DNA from: Ophelia neglecta
Taxonomy: Eukaryota
Direction: 5' to 3'
Length of the DNA stretch: 64,000 bases
NCBI GenBank assembly: GCA_965285935.1
Contig: OZ260661.1
Coordinates: 132,184,001-132,248,000, forward strand
The notes below the pieces were generated by a model, which saw nothing but the letters and a program-made list of their open reading frames with translations, was not told where the DNA came from and ran no database searches. Positions 26,536 to 39,140 of the stretch are shown here, piece by piece. Every line of letters begins with the position of its first letter. Position 1 is the stretch's first letter. The translations under genes and the position numbers were made by a program.

Positions 26536-29500
26536 CTAGAGATCAGAGTAATGCATGCCTCTTGTGGGTCCAGCAGCTACTGGTTTCATCACTCCCATGC
26601 CCCCAGGTCCCGGAGCTTTGACATGCGAAATCGGGCCTGATTTGGTGGGTGCGAAGGCCGATTTTCCGGGACTGAACGACATCACTGGACCACTAGCTGG
26701 TTTGACGGGGCTGAAGCCTTGTCTGGCTTGGGACACTTTGGATGGCATTCTGGGGCTTATGGCGGGTTGGGTTTGCTTGCTAGGACTAAAGGCCGGTTGA
26801 GCAGGCCGAAAAACCTGCTGTGATGACTGGGCAGGCCTAAAAGCCGGTTGTGCTGCATGTGTTGGTCTAAACACAGGCTGTGATGGCCCTGCTGGCTTAA
26901 ATGCAGCCTGGGTCGGTTTAGCAGGACTGAACGAAGCATGTGCTGGTTTGCCAGGGCCATAGGTTGGTGGAGCTTGTTTACCTGGGCTATAGGCAGGTTG
27001 TGCAGCAATGAATGCCGGCTTGCTGGGGCTAAACATTGGTCGAGGACCCTGGCCAGGGCTTTTGGGGGCCATTTCAGGCCCATGTGTTTTCTTCTGAAAG
27101 GTTCCCCCGGAAACCGGGGCGTTCTCTACAGGTGGCGGGTGCTGCTGCTGTTGGGCACCTCCAAATTTGGGCTTGGAAGAAACCAGGTATGGAGCCAAAC
27201 TATCGCTTTCAGTTTCATCTCTGGCTTTGGGAGGCTGTGTCGCTACGTGATCAGGCCCGAAGAAATTTTCATTTCCTCTAACAAAATCTTGTTTAAGGAC
27301 GAATCCTCTAGCTTCCAGAGATCGGATTCTGGACAGCTGCCAGGGTTTCAAGTGACTTGTATCAACATCTTCGCCTGCTGGTCGCTGCAGGATCGCTGAC
27401 GAGCTGTCCACTTCAGATGTGCCATACCGCTCTTGCCATGGCTTTGACTCGGCGGGTACGTGGCCCGTGTGTACCCCGAAAGGTCTGGCTCCGCCGGCAA
27501 CCGGCTGGTTCTGTCGAGGGGCTAGTGGTGTTCGGTCACCTATCTTCACTGCACTGACATCGGGAATAAACTGACCCGGCTCGCGGCGCACCCCTGGCAC
27601 AAACTCTCCGGTCGTCCGCTGAGGAGAATGAGGGCCGTTTGTTGCAAAGCTTGGCGCAGGTGGTGGAGGGGCGTAGTGTGCTTTTGGCGTGGTCGGTGCT
27701 GTGGGTGAAGGAGGTGCTTGTGCCCCCGATGGGGGTCCATGAGGAGCCTGACCGCCAAGAGCGGCTAGTCGGGCTTCCTCCTGGTCTTCCGCTCTTACAG
27801 CCGCGGCTAGGGCAGAAATATATTCAATAGGTTCTTGCTCCGGCAATGAAGTTTCCTGTTCCAGTTGCTCTTGATCTTCTTTAATTTCCTCTTCCCCTTT
27901 CAACCTCTCCTCCTGCTCTCCCGGCACGGGGTCGTGTACAGGAGAGGGTGGGGGTGTTTTTGGTTTAGGGGATGGTTGAGGCGATGGGGGTTTAGGAGGA
28001 GGAGTTACAGGCTTCGGGGGCGGAGTTGGGCTCTTTGGCTTAGGAGGGGGAGGCGACTTCGGTTTTGGTGGCGGTGGAGGTGGTTGGGCGATATTGTAAG
28101 GATCTGGCATAGGCATTTTCTTAGCAAAGATTCGGTCCATCCCAGGGAGACAAGGCACAGCACCTGCCGGGAGCCCCTTGGGTAGTCCTTGGGCCATCCC
28201 GGCTCCTTGGCCTGGTCCAAAGCTCTTCCCGGTACTACCGAAGCCAGTCCCTGATTGAGAGTCGCTACCAGGTTTGTCAGACATGATTCTAATCCCTTCT
28301 GCAATCTGCTGGTTCCATGGTGGAATCTCTCCTACCAACTCTTGCTTGGTGTGCAGTGGAGGAGGCCTGTGCTTGTGCCCAGCTTGTCTGTGTTGTTGTT
28401 GGAAGTGCAGACCTGCTTGAAGAGGTCTATCTATGCCTTTCGAATCTATAGGCTTGCCATCCAGGGTGTCAGTAAAGCTTGGCATACCGTCAAGCAACGC
28501 TCGAAGGTGATTCAGCTCCACAGAGAGTTCCTGAGCCTGTCCACGAGCAGTCAAAACAACGCTTGGCCTGCAAGACTTGGTCTTCTTTTCGTTATCGGAT
28601 TTAATCTTTTCCACGTCTTCCTCGTCCAATGCTGCGTGCTGTGTTTTTTCGGGCACGTAAACTCCTTGCGACATTGCCGAACCGACCACAGATCCCATAC
28701 CGCTGAAGTAAAAAAGAGAGTTATAGAAATCGTCAGGCAAAAGACCATAGTCGGGACGGCGGATGTACTCGAACTTGGTTTTGGGGATTTCTGGCTCGGC
28801 TGGTTTCGGTTCCTCTTTCGGTTTCTGATTCTCCTTCTCTTCCAGGATTTTGGACACCTCCTTATCCTCTTCGGCCTGCTCGGAGACTTTTTCTGGAGGC
28901 GTCTCGGTGGGCTTAACATGTTCCTCTGGTTTTTGTTCAGCCGGTTTTTGCTCTGTTGTTTTTTGTTCAGTCGGCTTTTGGTCAACTGGTTTCTGCTCTT
29001 GTGGTTTTTGCTCTATTGGAGCAACAACTTGGGCCACTGGGGCTGGTTTGGACTCTGGTGTCTTTACTGGCTCTGCTGTCTCAGCCTTAGGCTGCGCATC
29101 CGTCTTAGCGGCTGCCTTTGGCTGAGCAGGCTTATCAGCAGCTTCCTTTGGCCCTTCCATATCAGAGACGTCCGAAACTACGTCGATGTTGGCCTCCAGA
29201 CAAGACGAAAGGTCAAGGTCTACATCACCTGCAGATTTTATGGACATAGTGGGAGCCTCAGGCTTGCTCACTGTAACTTTGCCTACTGTTTCTTCTTGTT
29301 TTCTTTCAACTGTCACAGTAGCGGTCATGGTTGGGGCTTCCGGTTTCGATACAGTAACTGTGCCTTCTTTGGCCGCTGATTGAGCGGCTGCCTGTGGCTT
29401 CTCTTGTTCTACTTTTTTGGCCGGTTCTTGGGGTTTTGCCTTTTCCCCCTCACCTTTCTTAGAGTCAGGCTGCTTGACTTTCTCAATCGGTGGTTCTGTC

Positions 29501-30898
29501 TTTTTAGCCACTTCAGCCTTTGGTTGTTCTGAAATTTTGGTAGCATCCTTCTTTGGCTCTTTTGTTGTCGGTTCTGCCTCCCCTTTCGATTCTAACTTCT
29601 TCGCTTCGTCGATTTTCGGTCCCGGCTTTTTGGCTTCTTCTGTCTTTGGTTCTTGCTTTTTAGCTTCTTCCTTTTTTGGTGCTGGCCCTTTTTCCTCCTC
29701 TTTCTTTGGTTCTGGCTTTTTAGCTTCCATTTTCGGTTCAGGCTTTTTATCTTCTGCTTTCTTAGCTTCAGGTTTTTCGGCCTTTTGCTTTTCAGGCTCA
29801 GGTTTTTTAGCTTCTTCCTTCTTTGCCTCTGGCTTCTTAGCCTCCTCTTTTTTGGACTCTGTTTTCTTCTCTTCTACTTTTTTTTCTGGCATTTTTGGCT
29901 CAGGTGTTGCCACTGGTTCTTTCTTAGCTACTGGTTTAGGTTCTGGCTTCTTTTCAGGTTCTTTCTTTGGGACCGGCTTTGTTTCAGGCTTCTTCTCTGG
30001 TTCCTTCTTCAGGGCCTCCTTAGGTTCTGGCTTCTTCTCCGGTTCTTTCTTTGTAGCCGGCTTAGGTTCCGGCTTCTTTTCGGGTTCTTTTTTAGGGGCT
30101 GGTTTAGGTTCAGGCTTCTTCTCCGGCTCTTTCTTTGGAGCCTCCTTAGGTTCTGGCTTCTTTTCTGGTTCTTTCTTCAGAGCCGGTTTAGTTTCAGGCT
30201 TCTTTTCCGGTTCTTTCTTTGTCGCCGGCTTAGGTTCTGGCTTCTTTTCTGGTTCTTTCTTCAGAGCCGGTTTAGTTTCAGGCTTCTTCTCCGGCTCTTT
30301 CTTTGGAGCTTCTTTAGGTTCTGGCTTCTTTTCGGGTTCTTTCTTCAGAGCCGGTTTAGTTTCAGGTTTTTTTTCTGGTTCTTTTTTCAGAGCCGGTTTT
30401 GCCTCTGGCTTCTTTTCCGGTTCTTTCTTTGCAATCGGTTTAGCTTCTGGCTTCTTTTCCGGTTCTTTCTTTGCAGCCGATTTAGGCTCTTGCTTCTTCT
30501 CTGGTTCCTTCTGTGGAGCGGACTTTGGTTCCGGTTTCTTCTCCGGTTCTTTCTTTTCCTCTACTTTTTTGGCTTCTGGCTTGGAAGGAGCCTTTTTCTC
30601 TGGTTCTTTTTTTGATGCTGGTTTTGGTTCAGCTGGTTTTCCTGCCGCTTTCTTTTCCTCTGTCTTCTTGGGCTCTTCCTTTGGCTTTTCTTCTTTTTTG
30701 TCCACCTTTTGCTCTTCCTTCACTTCCGGTTTTGGTTCGGCGTGTTTCTTGGCAATGGGTTTTTTCTCTTCAACTTTGTTGTCTTTTTTGCCGCCAATAT
30801 TCAGTTTCCCAACTCTTTTTGGACCATGGGCGTCTTTTTTCGGAACTTCCTCTTTTGCTCCTTTGTTTTGGAACATTGCCATCCGATCCTTGGCACTC
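26536..30898 (-). CDS. Giant terminal coding exon of a Lys/Glu/Pro-rich (PEVK-like) repeat protein, ~1457 aa with the upstream exon
   Basis: 4363 bp without a stop. Acceptor 'ttattacag|G' at 30898; the ORF-track start at 30954 is AT-rich intron. Repeats vary mostly at synonymous positions. Stop TAG follows ...GMHYSDL. Confidence 0.9.
29884..30555 (-). repeat. Coding 42-bp (14-aa, KKEPEKKPExKxxx) tandem repeat, 15 full units plus 1 degenerate
   Basis: Seen directly in the translation. Confidence 0.95.
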
Positions 30899-32513
30899 CT
30901 GTAATAACATAATTGGGAATCTTTGATATAACAAACAAATAATCTACATGGCAAAGGGACTCTTTAGTTTGGTTTATAGATTAAAAAATAAGCTTCCCAT
31001 ATTACATTTATCGTCAGAAACTTTTTGTTGTGCATTAAGCACTTCATTGATGGAAAGATAAATATCGTTCTGCCTGTAGGTCAGACAAAGAAATTCAATT
31101 TCTCGGAGATAAACGTTTTCTTAAAAGCAGGCTAATATACTAATACATTTATGCTAATTCAGTGTTATGGCCATTTTAATATTCTAGATTTGCAGCAAGC
31201 TTTAACTTTCCAATTGCAAAGTGCGAAAACAGTCGCCATAATAAAACATAATAAGACCAGCACTGTAAGGGAGAAAAAATTATATTAGATCTTCATACAA
31301 AATGCCATCCAAGCAGTCACGTGTAGACCGCATTGGCCCTGAAACATGGAGAGCTGAGGGTCAAAGAAAGAGAAATAACACAAGCTTATTGCATGAAATT
31401 AAGACGGCAACACACTGGAGTAACTACAATAATTCTAGACAGGCTTTCCTTCTGAAAACTTATTACTTCATTCGTATTGTAAAAATGTAGTGTAGTGAAT
31501 AAAACACTTTTATTTGAATATAAGAAAGTATATTCATGAAACAGAAGGCAAAAAAAAAACTGAGGGATTATTTCTAATCAGTGACGAAACAAAAGACACA
31601 CAAATAACACAACACAAGGCGAATTATGGACATAATGATAACTTTAGTGGCACATGCGGTGATTTTCTTTGGTCAAATGCTTTGACCCGCAATGTCGATT
31701 TTTAGATGCAATACTTGTAAGAGTCAAACCATTCAATAAATCGACTTATAAGACCTGGTCCATCCACATTGACCACGTTCTCTTGTGGGTAGCTTTTGCT
31801 TCATTCGAATAATCTATGCATATAGGGTATGTTGTGGAATAGGGTATTTGCCAATGTTTACAACCAACTTTCAAGAGAATGAAAATTTTCTTCATGATAA
31901 GGTGTATAAAACATGAATGTTTTTTATTGGTGCAAATTTGAATGGCGGTTTTGGGTTGGCCAAAATTGGGGCATGTGTGTAATGAAGAATAATGCATGCC
32001 GTGGGACAAATATGGTATCATTAATTGCGCTTTATATACCATTAGTTGCGACACATCAACACGATATGATGCGCGTCTAGGTTTGACCCATCCACGCTCA
32101 GCATTCGTTAAGTCTTCTGGCTTTTGAAAGTTCAAATGAACATTCTATGGCGTTATCATTTTCTTGAAAGTTGGGCGTAAAGAAATATGGCGACAAAGCT
32201 CGTTACTTCAGGTAGACGGTCATCATGATAATGAAATAAAAAGGTGCAATGCAACTATTTTCTTCAGTTCCTTCTCTTAAGCCGTTCTATAATATGCTAC
32301 TTGCAAATCTCATACTTGCATAGTAAAAGCAGTACAACAAGTGTGACGGACGGCAAACGTTTGATAGATATTTTGTTGTTTGCTGAACCTAGTTTGATCT
32401 ATATTCTACATAGAATGAATCAAAAGCTACCTTGACAACAGACAACGTGGTCACCTCGTGAACAAAGCCTCGAAGATTTGGCGCCAATCGGCTGAAACCT
32501 GTTTACTACTTAC

Positions 32514-32524
32514 ATTCCATACAT
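32514..32524 (-). CDS. Start-codon portion of an 86-nt exon (32514-32599) of the repeat-protein gene
   Basis: Minus strand: acceptor 'tcctccttcatgtatggcatttcag|' at 32599, an in-frame TAA shortly upstream, then gccatc ATG TAT GGA AT|GTAAGT. The phase-2 donor matches the phase-2 acceptor at 30898, giving MYGMSAKDRMAMFQ. Confidence 0.7.
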
Positions 32525-34390
32525 GATGGCAGTTTAATGAGAATCGGCAGAGGGGGTGACAAACTGATCTTGGGCGAAGCCTAAGTTGTGTGCGCTAATC
32601 TGAAATGCCATACATGAAGGAGGATATTGCTATTACTACTTACGATCAACGCTGGGCGAAATTACATTATGTTTACAAAGAGAGTATTACCATGGGAACA
32701 ATGTGTAGCAGCTATATAAAGGAATAAAATCACTAAATCTATGTTAAGGGTGATTGCACTTAATACATATTGCAGGAAAGAAAATAAGCTCTAGTTTCAT
32801 ACTGAATTTATGATTGGCGGCCAAATATTGGCTTTGAGCTTGTGAAGACTTGATTTTTGATAACAAGATACACAAATGTAAAATTACGTAGGTATCGGAA
32901 ACCAATCTCGCATACACCGAGCATTTTCAAATAATGTATAAAAATAATCAAAAGAATAATTTACAAGATGCAATAGATATATGATTTAGGTAGCCGCAGG
33001 TGAGGGATAGGCAAATGTGCGGTATCAGTGGATCAGATATCACACATTTGAATGTGATCTCCCTCTCTCTTAGTCCATATCAACAAAATAGCATCAATAA
33101 AACAGCACAGAAGGGATTACAATTGAACACGATCAAAATATACTATATGTATATCTATTGTTTACATATTTACATAATAATTGCCTAGAAATCGACTACC
33201 GAGCTACGCTAATACACCAGAAAAAACTGCCTCCTACCGAACTGATCTAATTTAAAATCTTTTCTATTGATACGGGATTGATGATTTGGTCTCTTGGGTA
33301 AAAATAGATTATATATAAGACTGTGCTATATCGAGACTGTACCTTTTTTCCCGCCCGACACTCTTGTTCTCCAACCCAGGTGGACTCTGAAAAAAAGCAT
33401 GGCAATTTTATTACGACATCATAACACTTGTGCGCTCCTGTGGCTACTAATCTTTCGATCGTTTGAAAGAGACTTTAAATCATACAAGTATCAGGACTTA
33501 TCGTAGGCGGTTGTTCCTACAAATAAGCCTCGTACCACAGATACATTTGAAAGTGTTCAAAATTACAGGGAACAGAGAATAATCTCATGAGAAACAGACC
33601 GCCAAATTATATAAGAAGATATTCACAAAGATGCATTGGATATGGTTAAGCGGTTTAAAACTCTTTAATGTGCAAGTGATATGACAATGCAAGTGATATC
33701 AAATTTACGTTTTCATTAGTTATTATTTGGATTGTAAGTTCATTTACTAATTGGTAGCTGGAGATTAGTAGATGCCGTGGCTGCTGGTTCCTGATGATTT
33801 CAAACAGATTTAATGGATTGTTCTCGACTAATGGTTTGGCCTTGTCTTCCGGGTATCCACTCCCGTTTTTTAATGAGTTTGTGAGGATAATAATTACACT
33901 TTGCAAACTAAAAAATAGTCTGATACATATTATCCATGGAAGATTATTTGCGCCCTCTGGCTTTGTCATTGTGACTGCAACCCGTATTGAGGTCAAATTT
34001 CCAACCCGTTTGTTCTCTTCACTTTCGTCAAGACATCACCATTCTCAGGAGGGGTTCAGATTCAAGTTCAAGTTCAAATTCTTTAGATTTACAATTAGAA
34101 TATTGATTAATTCGTCAATAGAGACTGAAAACCAAACCAAATAACATTTTCTTTCATATATTTGGATTTCAGATATGCATAGTTCCCATGTAATATCTAA
34201 CAAAGCTTTCTACATGCCATTATTAAAAGACCGACACACCTACTTTTCTGGAAGAAGAAAGCAACTGTCTTACATTTGAAGTTTTTATCTTATTATTTTT
34301 CTTACAATTTCTGATTAATAACATTGTCAGGCGGCTAGATCCCAAAGCAATCCCAGTGGCTAAGAAAGACCTACAGTGTATGTAACTAAC

Positions 34391-34570
34391 CTGAGAACAG
34401 GTGATTGTGTAGTGACGTGAAAGAAAATAGCGGCCGAATGAAGCTGACGTGCCCGTCTGCTAGTATCCTAGTAGTACTAGTATCCCTGCCTAGTAGTGTA
34501 GCTAGGCGACTGCGTCTCGGGATCTAGCGTACTATCGGCTGTCCTTTGGTATGTCTAGAGCGTCTAAATA
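34391..34570 (-). promoter_or_regulatory. Candidate core promoter and non-coding exon 1 of the repeat-protein gene
   Basis: Donor CAG|GTTAGT (intron starts 34390) and a GC-richer block. A TATA-like 'tatttaga' at ~34562-34569 lies about 30 bp upstream of an Inr-like 'tagt'. There are two TGACGT half-CRE sites. Confidence 0.45.
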
Positions 34571-36890
34571 CCGCTAGACGTCTCTGCTAACAGGACATTT
34601 TGGCACTGCAGCTGGAACGGAAAAGAAACATCATTAAGACTAATGCATGAATGTATCCAACCAGGGCTTATTTTTCTTTTTGCAAATATAATATACATTT
34701 TGACTTTCTGAAAGTAATAATGCATTTCGATTAATTGAATCTGAAAAGGAAAAACGGTTAAAAGCGCATATGCATGAGCCATTTTCATCGCACTACGCAA
34801 TAGTCAATAGTTTCATTGCCACATCAGCGGCAGGTTTAAAACCTGCAGCGGGATAACCATCACATGAAAGCATACACAGCGCGGTTTATCGTTTTAAAAT
34901 TTTTATTAATAAGAAATCTCAGCTTTTCTCCGTTATTGATTAGTATTCATAGAGGCTTGTAGAAAGCGCATTAGCCTGAAATAAATTACCGCAAATATTA
35001 CGAGGATAAATGACCGTCCGCCTTGACAAACTAGTTTACCCTTTTTGTTGTTTAAATTCTCGACCGATGATTCTATGATGTAGCACCTGGAGTAATATAG
35101 TATGTAGTGTGAACATTCATAAAACATACCCTTTGGTGTAAGAAAAGTTAAGTTGTGTTAAAGCAAAAGGTGTGAAACTTTCTTGGTGTTGTAGCTTTAT
35201 GCTCAAGACGATCCACTTTATTGTTGATATCTAAAGTAACAGTGTAACAGCGGACATTGCGGGCGCACAGCTTGTATGCTTATTGTTATGAACACGTCAC
35301 CTAATGTAGAGAACGTTTTCAGGTAAGTGATTTTATTGGAAAATCTTTATGCAGCGCGATCTTATGTTTCTCGCTGGGTGGCGCTAATGTCGATAACTGT
35401 TCGTGCATATGCGCTATTTGACCGGTTGGCGCGGGAAAAATCATCCTTGGGCGAAGATGAATAAATGAAAGAATGTCCTAGTCTTACAAATGTGCTGGAT
35501 ATAAAAACACACGGGAACAGTATCGAGCGGTCTGCTGATTGTAGATCCTGAATGGTTTCGTACACGATATACGTCCGAGCATTCAGCGCATGTTGGGTTC
35601 AGTACGGCTGCGCAAACTACGAACTTTTAAACATGATAAAGGAAATCATGTAACTATGCAGAAACGTTTTCTGTTGAGAGTGGTTTTACAATCGTTTCGA
35701 CCACCACAAAACGTTTTGCTACCGGTTATTGAATATACATAACATGATTCTGTACGCCGTAGATTCATGCCAGGCAGTCCCATAGCCTAACATGTATTGA
35801 TCACGTGAATAGATCATGAATAACTTTCACTATCTTAAGCCCGGACCTAATGCGATGTAGACCAGCGAATTGTGAGAGCCAGGTATAAATCAGATACTAC
35901 TAGCCTATGCATTTAACTTGTTCGAGTCGAAATAAGCTATGACCAGATGAAAATAGTTCATAGTTCATTATAAGTTTTATGCACGTCCATGGGCTAACAC
36001 ACGTATTCTTACTAGTGAAATCCATCATCTGACTGATATTTGTCGCCCCAGCCAATGGTTTCCACATCAGCCTTCGGAATGCCAGGGTGATACGAGACAC
36101 ACCGTATACACGGATCAGCCATACTGGCGAGGCTATTCTGGCGGCAATAACACAGGTATCAGAATAGATTTACAATAATCAGCAGGTGGTACAGGGGAGT
36201 ACAGGAACTTATTCCAACAGCAGACATGCAAATACTATTAAGACTCACAGAATCCGTACTCAATAGTTCTAAACAGTTTCAAATATTTGGATAATAACCG
36301 TTGCATTATTATTTGCTGTGGCTTCCTTTTGGATGTTTTGTGGAACTTGTTAAGGTTTTCCTATCCCGCTGTGTTTCCCCATTAGATTAACTATAGATAG
36401 CATCTGAGTATCGTGCATCGTTTCGTCCAATTAAGAAATGATATATAAAAAGGGATAAGTAGGAGCTTGACTGTATCAGTTTGGTCTCAGTGGAAGGATA
36501 AATGAGGGTATTTCATGCCCGAGTTAATCATTTGTGTGTTAAAAGTTAGATAGTGTAAATTAAGTTGCCACGCCTCTACGGACAGGATGCCATTATTAAA
36601 TATAAGCAACACCTAATTCTAATATAATTATAACCACAGATATTCACTTAGCATGTAACGTTTGAAAGCAATTATACATGTTGGTTATATTGGGTTCGTA
36701 TGCAGTTCGGCAAGGAAGATATGACTGGAGCACATTCCGAGTGAAGGTCGAATTTTAGACTGTTCACACCCATGCATTACGTAAGCCATTACCTAGAATG
36801 CCAGAACAATCAACGCAGGCCATTTTACACAGATATTCACAGAGGTATTTCATTCAACCCTGATGAAAACAGCCTTCTACTCAGTAGTAG

Positions 36891-38957
36891 TATATAGAAC
36901 ACTACAACTCTGGGCTGCAATGTATTTTGGATAGGCATGCCCCAGTCATTGCGAAAACTTTCACAGTCAGGCCTCATAGCCCATGGTACACCGACGACTT
37001 GCGTGAAACTAAGCGTGAACGCAGGAGGGCTGAAAGAGCTTGGAGAAAGTCTGGCCTGCAGGTGCATGCTCAGATTTTCAGTGACATAAGTGCAAAAGCC
37101 AACTACCTCTTAGACAGGGCCAAGCAGGACTATCTGCGTGACAAGGTGGATCAGGCCTCTGGCAACAGCAAGGAACTTTTTAAGGTGACAAGAGAGCTGG
37201 CGGGTGACAAGGGTGACATTATATTGCCTAGTCATAGCTCATCGGAACACCTTGCAGAAAGATTTAGTGATTTCTTTTTGACCAAGATTGTCACTATCAG
37301 AAATAAACTTGGTCACTCAAACTCCCAGAGAAATTTTTTGCCATCTGAATATGAAACTGTTTTTGATGGCTTGCCTCTGGTTTGCTTGGACCCAGCAACA
37401 CCAGAGGAAATACAAAAACTAATTATAAAATCACCAAATAAAGCATGTGAGGCAGACCCTATACCCACTTGGATAGTGAAGGACTGTGTAGGAGAGCTTG
37501 CTCCAATGATCACCGAAATAATAAATAGATCTTTGTCATCGAGTCATGTCCCAGCTTCTTTCAAAAGAGCTATAGTGCGCCCCCTCCTTAAGAAGTCTGG
37601 AATGGACAAGGAGCTACTTAAAAACTACAGGCCAGTGTCAAATCTGCCTTTCATCTCCAAAATACTGGAGAAAGTCGTGGCGAAGCGCATAGATCACCAC
37701 ATCACTAGTAACTCACTGGCTGACAACTTGCAGTCAGCATACAGGAGTGGCCACTCCACAGAGACTGCTCTTCTTAGGGTGCAGGCAGACATAGCCTCGG
37801 CCCTTGACCAAGGGTCAGTAGCAGTGCTAATCATGTTGGATTTATCTGCTGCTTTTGACACTCTGGACCATAAAATAATGTTACAGAGGCTAGATAACAT
37901 GTATGGCATTCGGGGTGCTGCTTTATCATGGATAGCATCCTACCTTGAGAAGCGCAACCAGTGTGTGACTATCAATGGAACAGAATCTAGGGAGAAAAGC
38001 TTTTGTTTTGCAGTACCCCAGGGATCAGTGCTCGGTCCCAAGCTGTACACCCTTTACTGCAAACCTGTTGGTGCTATCATCAAAGACCACAACATGAACT
38101 ACCATAGTTATGCAGATGATACCCAAATCTACCTTGTCCTAAAATCCAGGTCGGAGGTTTTGAAGAGTGTTAATGAGATTGAGCAGTGTGTTGCTGAAAT
38201 ACAGGCATGGATGGAAGTCAACATGCTTAAACTGAACCAGGACAAGACTGAAATAATGTTCTTCTCCCCTAATCAAAACAAATGTGTTCCCGAAGGCTTG
38301 ACTTTCTCTCTAGGAGGCTGCGAGATCAAGCCGGCCACATCGGTCAAAAATTTAGGCTGCGTATGGGATCGCTCGCTCAGCATGGAGCTGGAAGTACAGG
38401 CTAAGGTTAAATCCTGCTTCTGGCAGCTTCGGAGGATAAGCCGGATTAGGCGTTTCATGTCGGAGGATGTGTGTAAGACACTTGTTCAAGCGTTGGTGAT
38501 TTCCCGGCTGGACTATGGCAATATTTTGTTGGTCGGCTTGTCAAAGTGTCTCCTCCAGCAGCTCCAAAGCGTGATGAACTTTGCTGCGCGTCTCATTACA
38601 TTCACGCCGCGGCAGCAGCACATTACACCAGTGCTAAAACAACTTCACTGGCTTCCTGTCAACAGGAGAATAGAATACAAAGTTCTCTTGATGACATACA
38701 AAGCGCTCAATGGACTTGCCCCTCAATACATCACCGACCTTCTACAGATATACCAACCACCTCGTCTGTTAAGGTCAAGCACCAGGTCACTGCTCACCGT
38801 TCCTCGCATGAGAACTGAAACCTACCGTCAGCGATGTTTCATGTATGCTGCACCTCACTTTTGGAATGAACTCCCGAATGGTTTAAAACATGCAAAAACT
38901 GTGATGTCTTTTAAAAGAAGCCTGAAAACCCATCTTTTTATCAAAGAATACAATTGA
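36891..38957 (+). CDS. L2 ORF2 fragment (reverse transcriptase, endonuclease missing)
   Basis: The frame is open from 36891 (EHYNSGLQCILDRHAP). Motifs include NYRPVSNLPFISKILEK, QSAYRSGHSTET, LDLSAAFDTLDH, VPQGSVLGP, YADD, KLNQDKTE and LHWLPV. Confidence 0.95.
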   Translation, partial: YIEHYNSGLQCILDRHAPVIAKTFTVRPHSPWYTDDLRETKRERRRAERAWRKSGLQVHAQIFSDISAKANYLLDRAKQDYLRDKVDQASGNSKELFKVTRELAGDKGDIILPSHSSSEHLAERFSDFFLTKIVTIRNKLGHSNSQRNFLPSEYETVFDGLPLVCLDPATPEEIQKLIIKSPNKACEADPIPTWIVKDCVGELAPMITEIINRSLSSSHVPASFKRAIVRPLLKKSGMDKELLKNYRPVSNLPFISKILEKVVAKRIDHHITSNSLADNLQSAYRSGHSTETALLRVQADIASALDQGSVAVLIMLDLSAAFDTLDHKIMLQRLDNMYGIRGAALSWIASYLEKRNQCVTINGTESREKSFCFAVPQGSVLGPKLYTLYCKPVGAIIKDHNMNYHSYADDTQIYLVLKSRSEVLKSVNEIEQCVAEIQAWMEVNMLKLNQDKTEIMFFSPNQNKCVPEGLTFSLGGCEIKPATSVKNLGCVWDRSLSMELEVQAKVKSCFWQLRRISRIRRFMSEDVCKTLVQALVISRLDYGNILLVGLSKCLLQQLQSVMNFAARLITFTPRQQHITPVLKQLHWLPVNRRIEYKVLLMTYKALNGLAPQYITDLLQIYQPPRLLRSSTRSLLTVPRMRTETYRQRCFMYAAPHFWNELPNGLKHAKTVMSFKRSLKTHLFIKEYN

Positions 38958-39139
38958 AACAATTTGCATTTTAAATAACTAGATTATATTTTACACATTA
39001 TAGGTAAATTTTAATATTTTTAGCATGAAATTTTATACCATGGACTTACTTTTATTTAATCATGTTAATGTAACTGTAAATTGGTCATGCTTAAATGTAA
39101 AGCGCTTAGAGCTTTGTATAAGCGCTGTATAAGTACATG

Positions 39140-39140
<1 letters not shown>

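Noticed and set aside
28255-30926. Long plus-strand ORFs (374, 495 and 320 aa; Phe/Ser/Gly/Leu-rich)
   Set aside because: Antisense shadows of the K/E/P repeat exon, whose codons rarely create stops on the other strand.
30899-30954. ORF-track N-terminus MPCRLFVCY...
   Set aside because: Non-ATG start in AT-rich sequence ending in a canonical acceptor; treated as intron.
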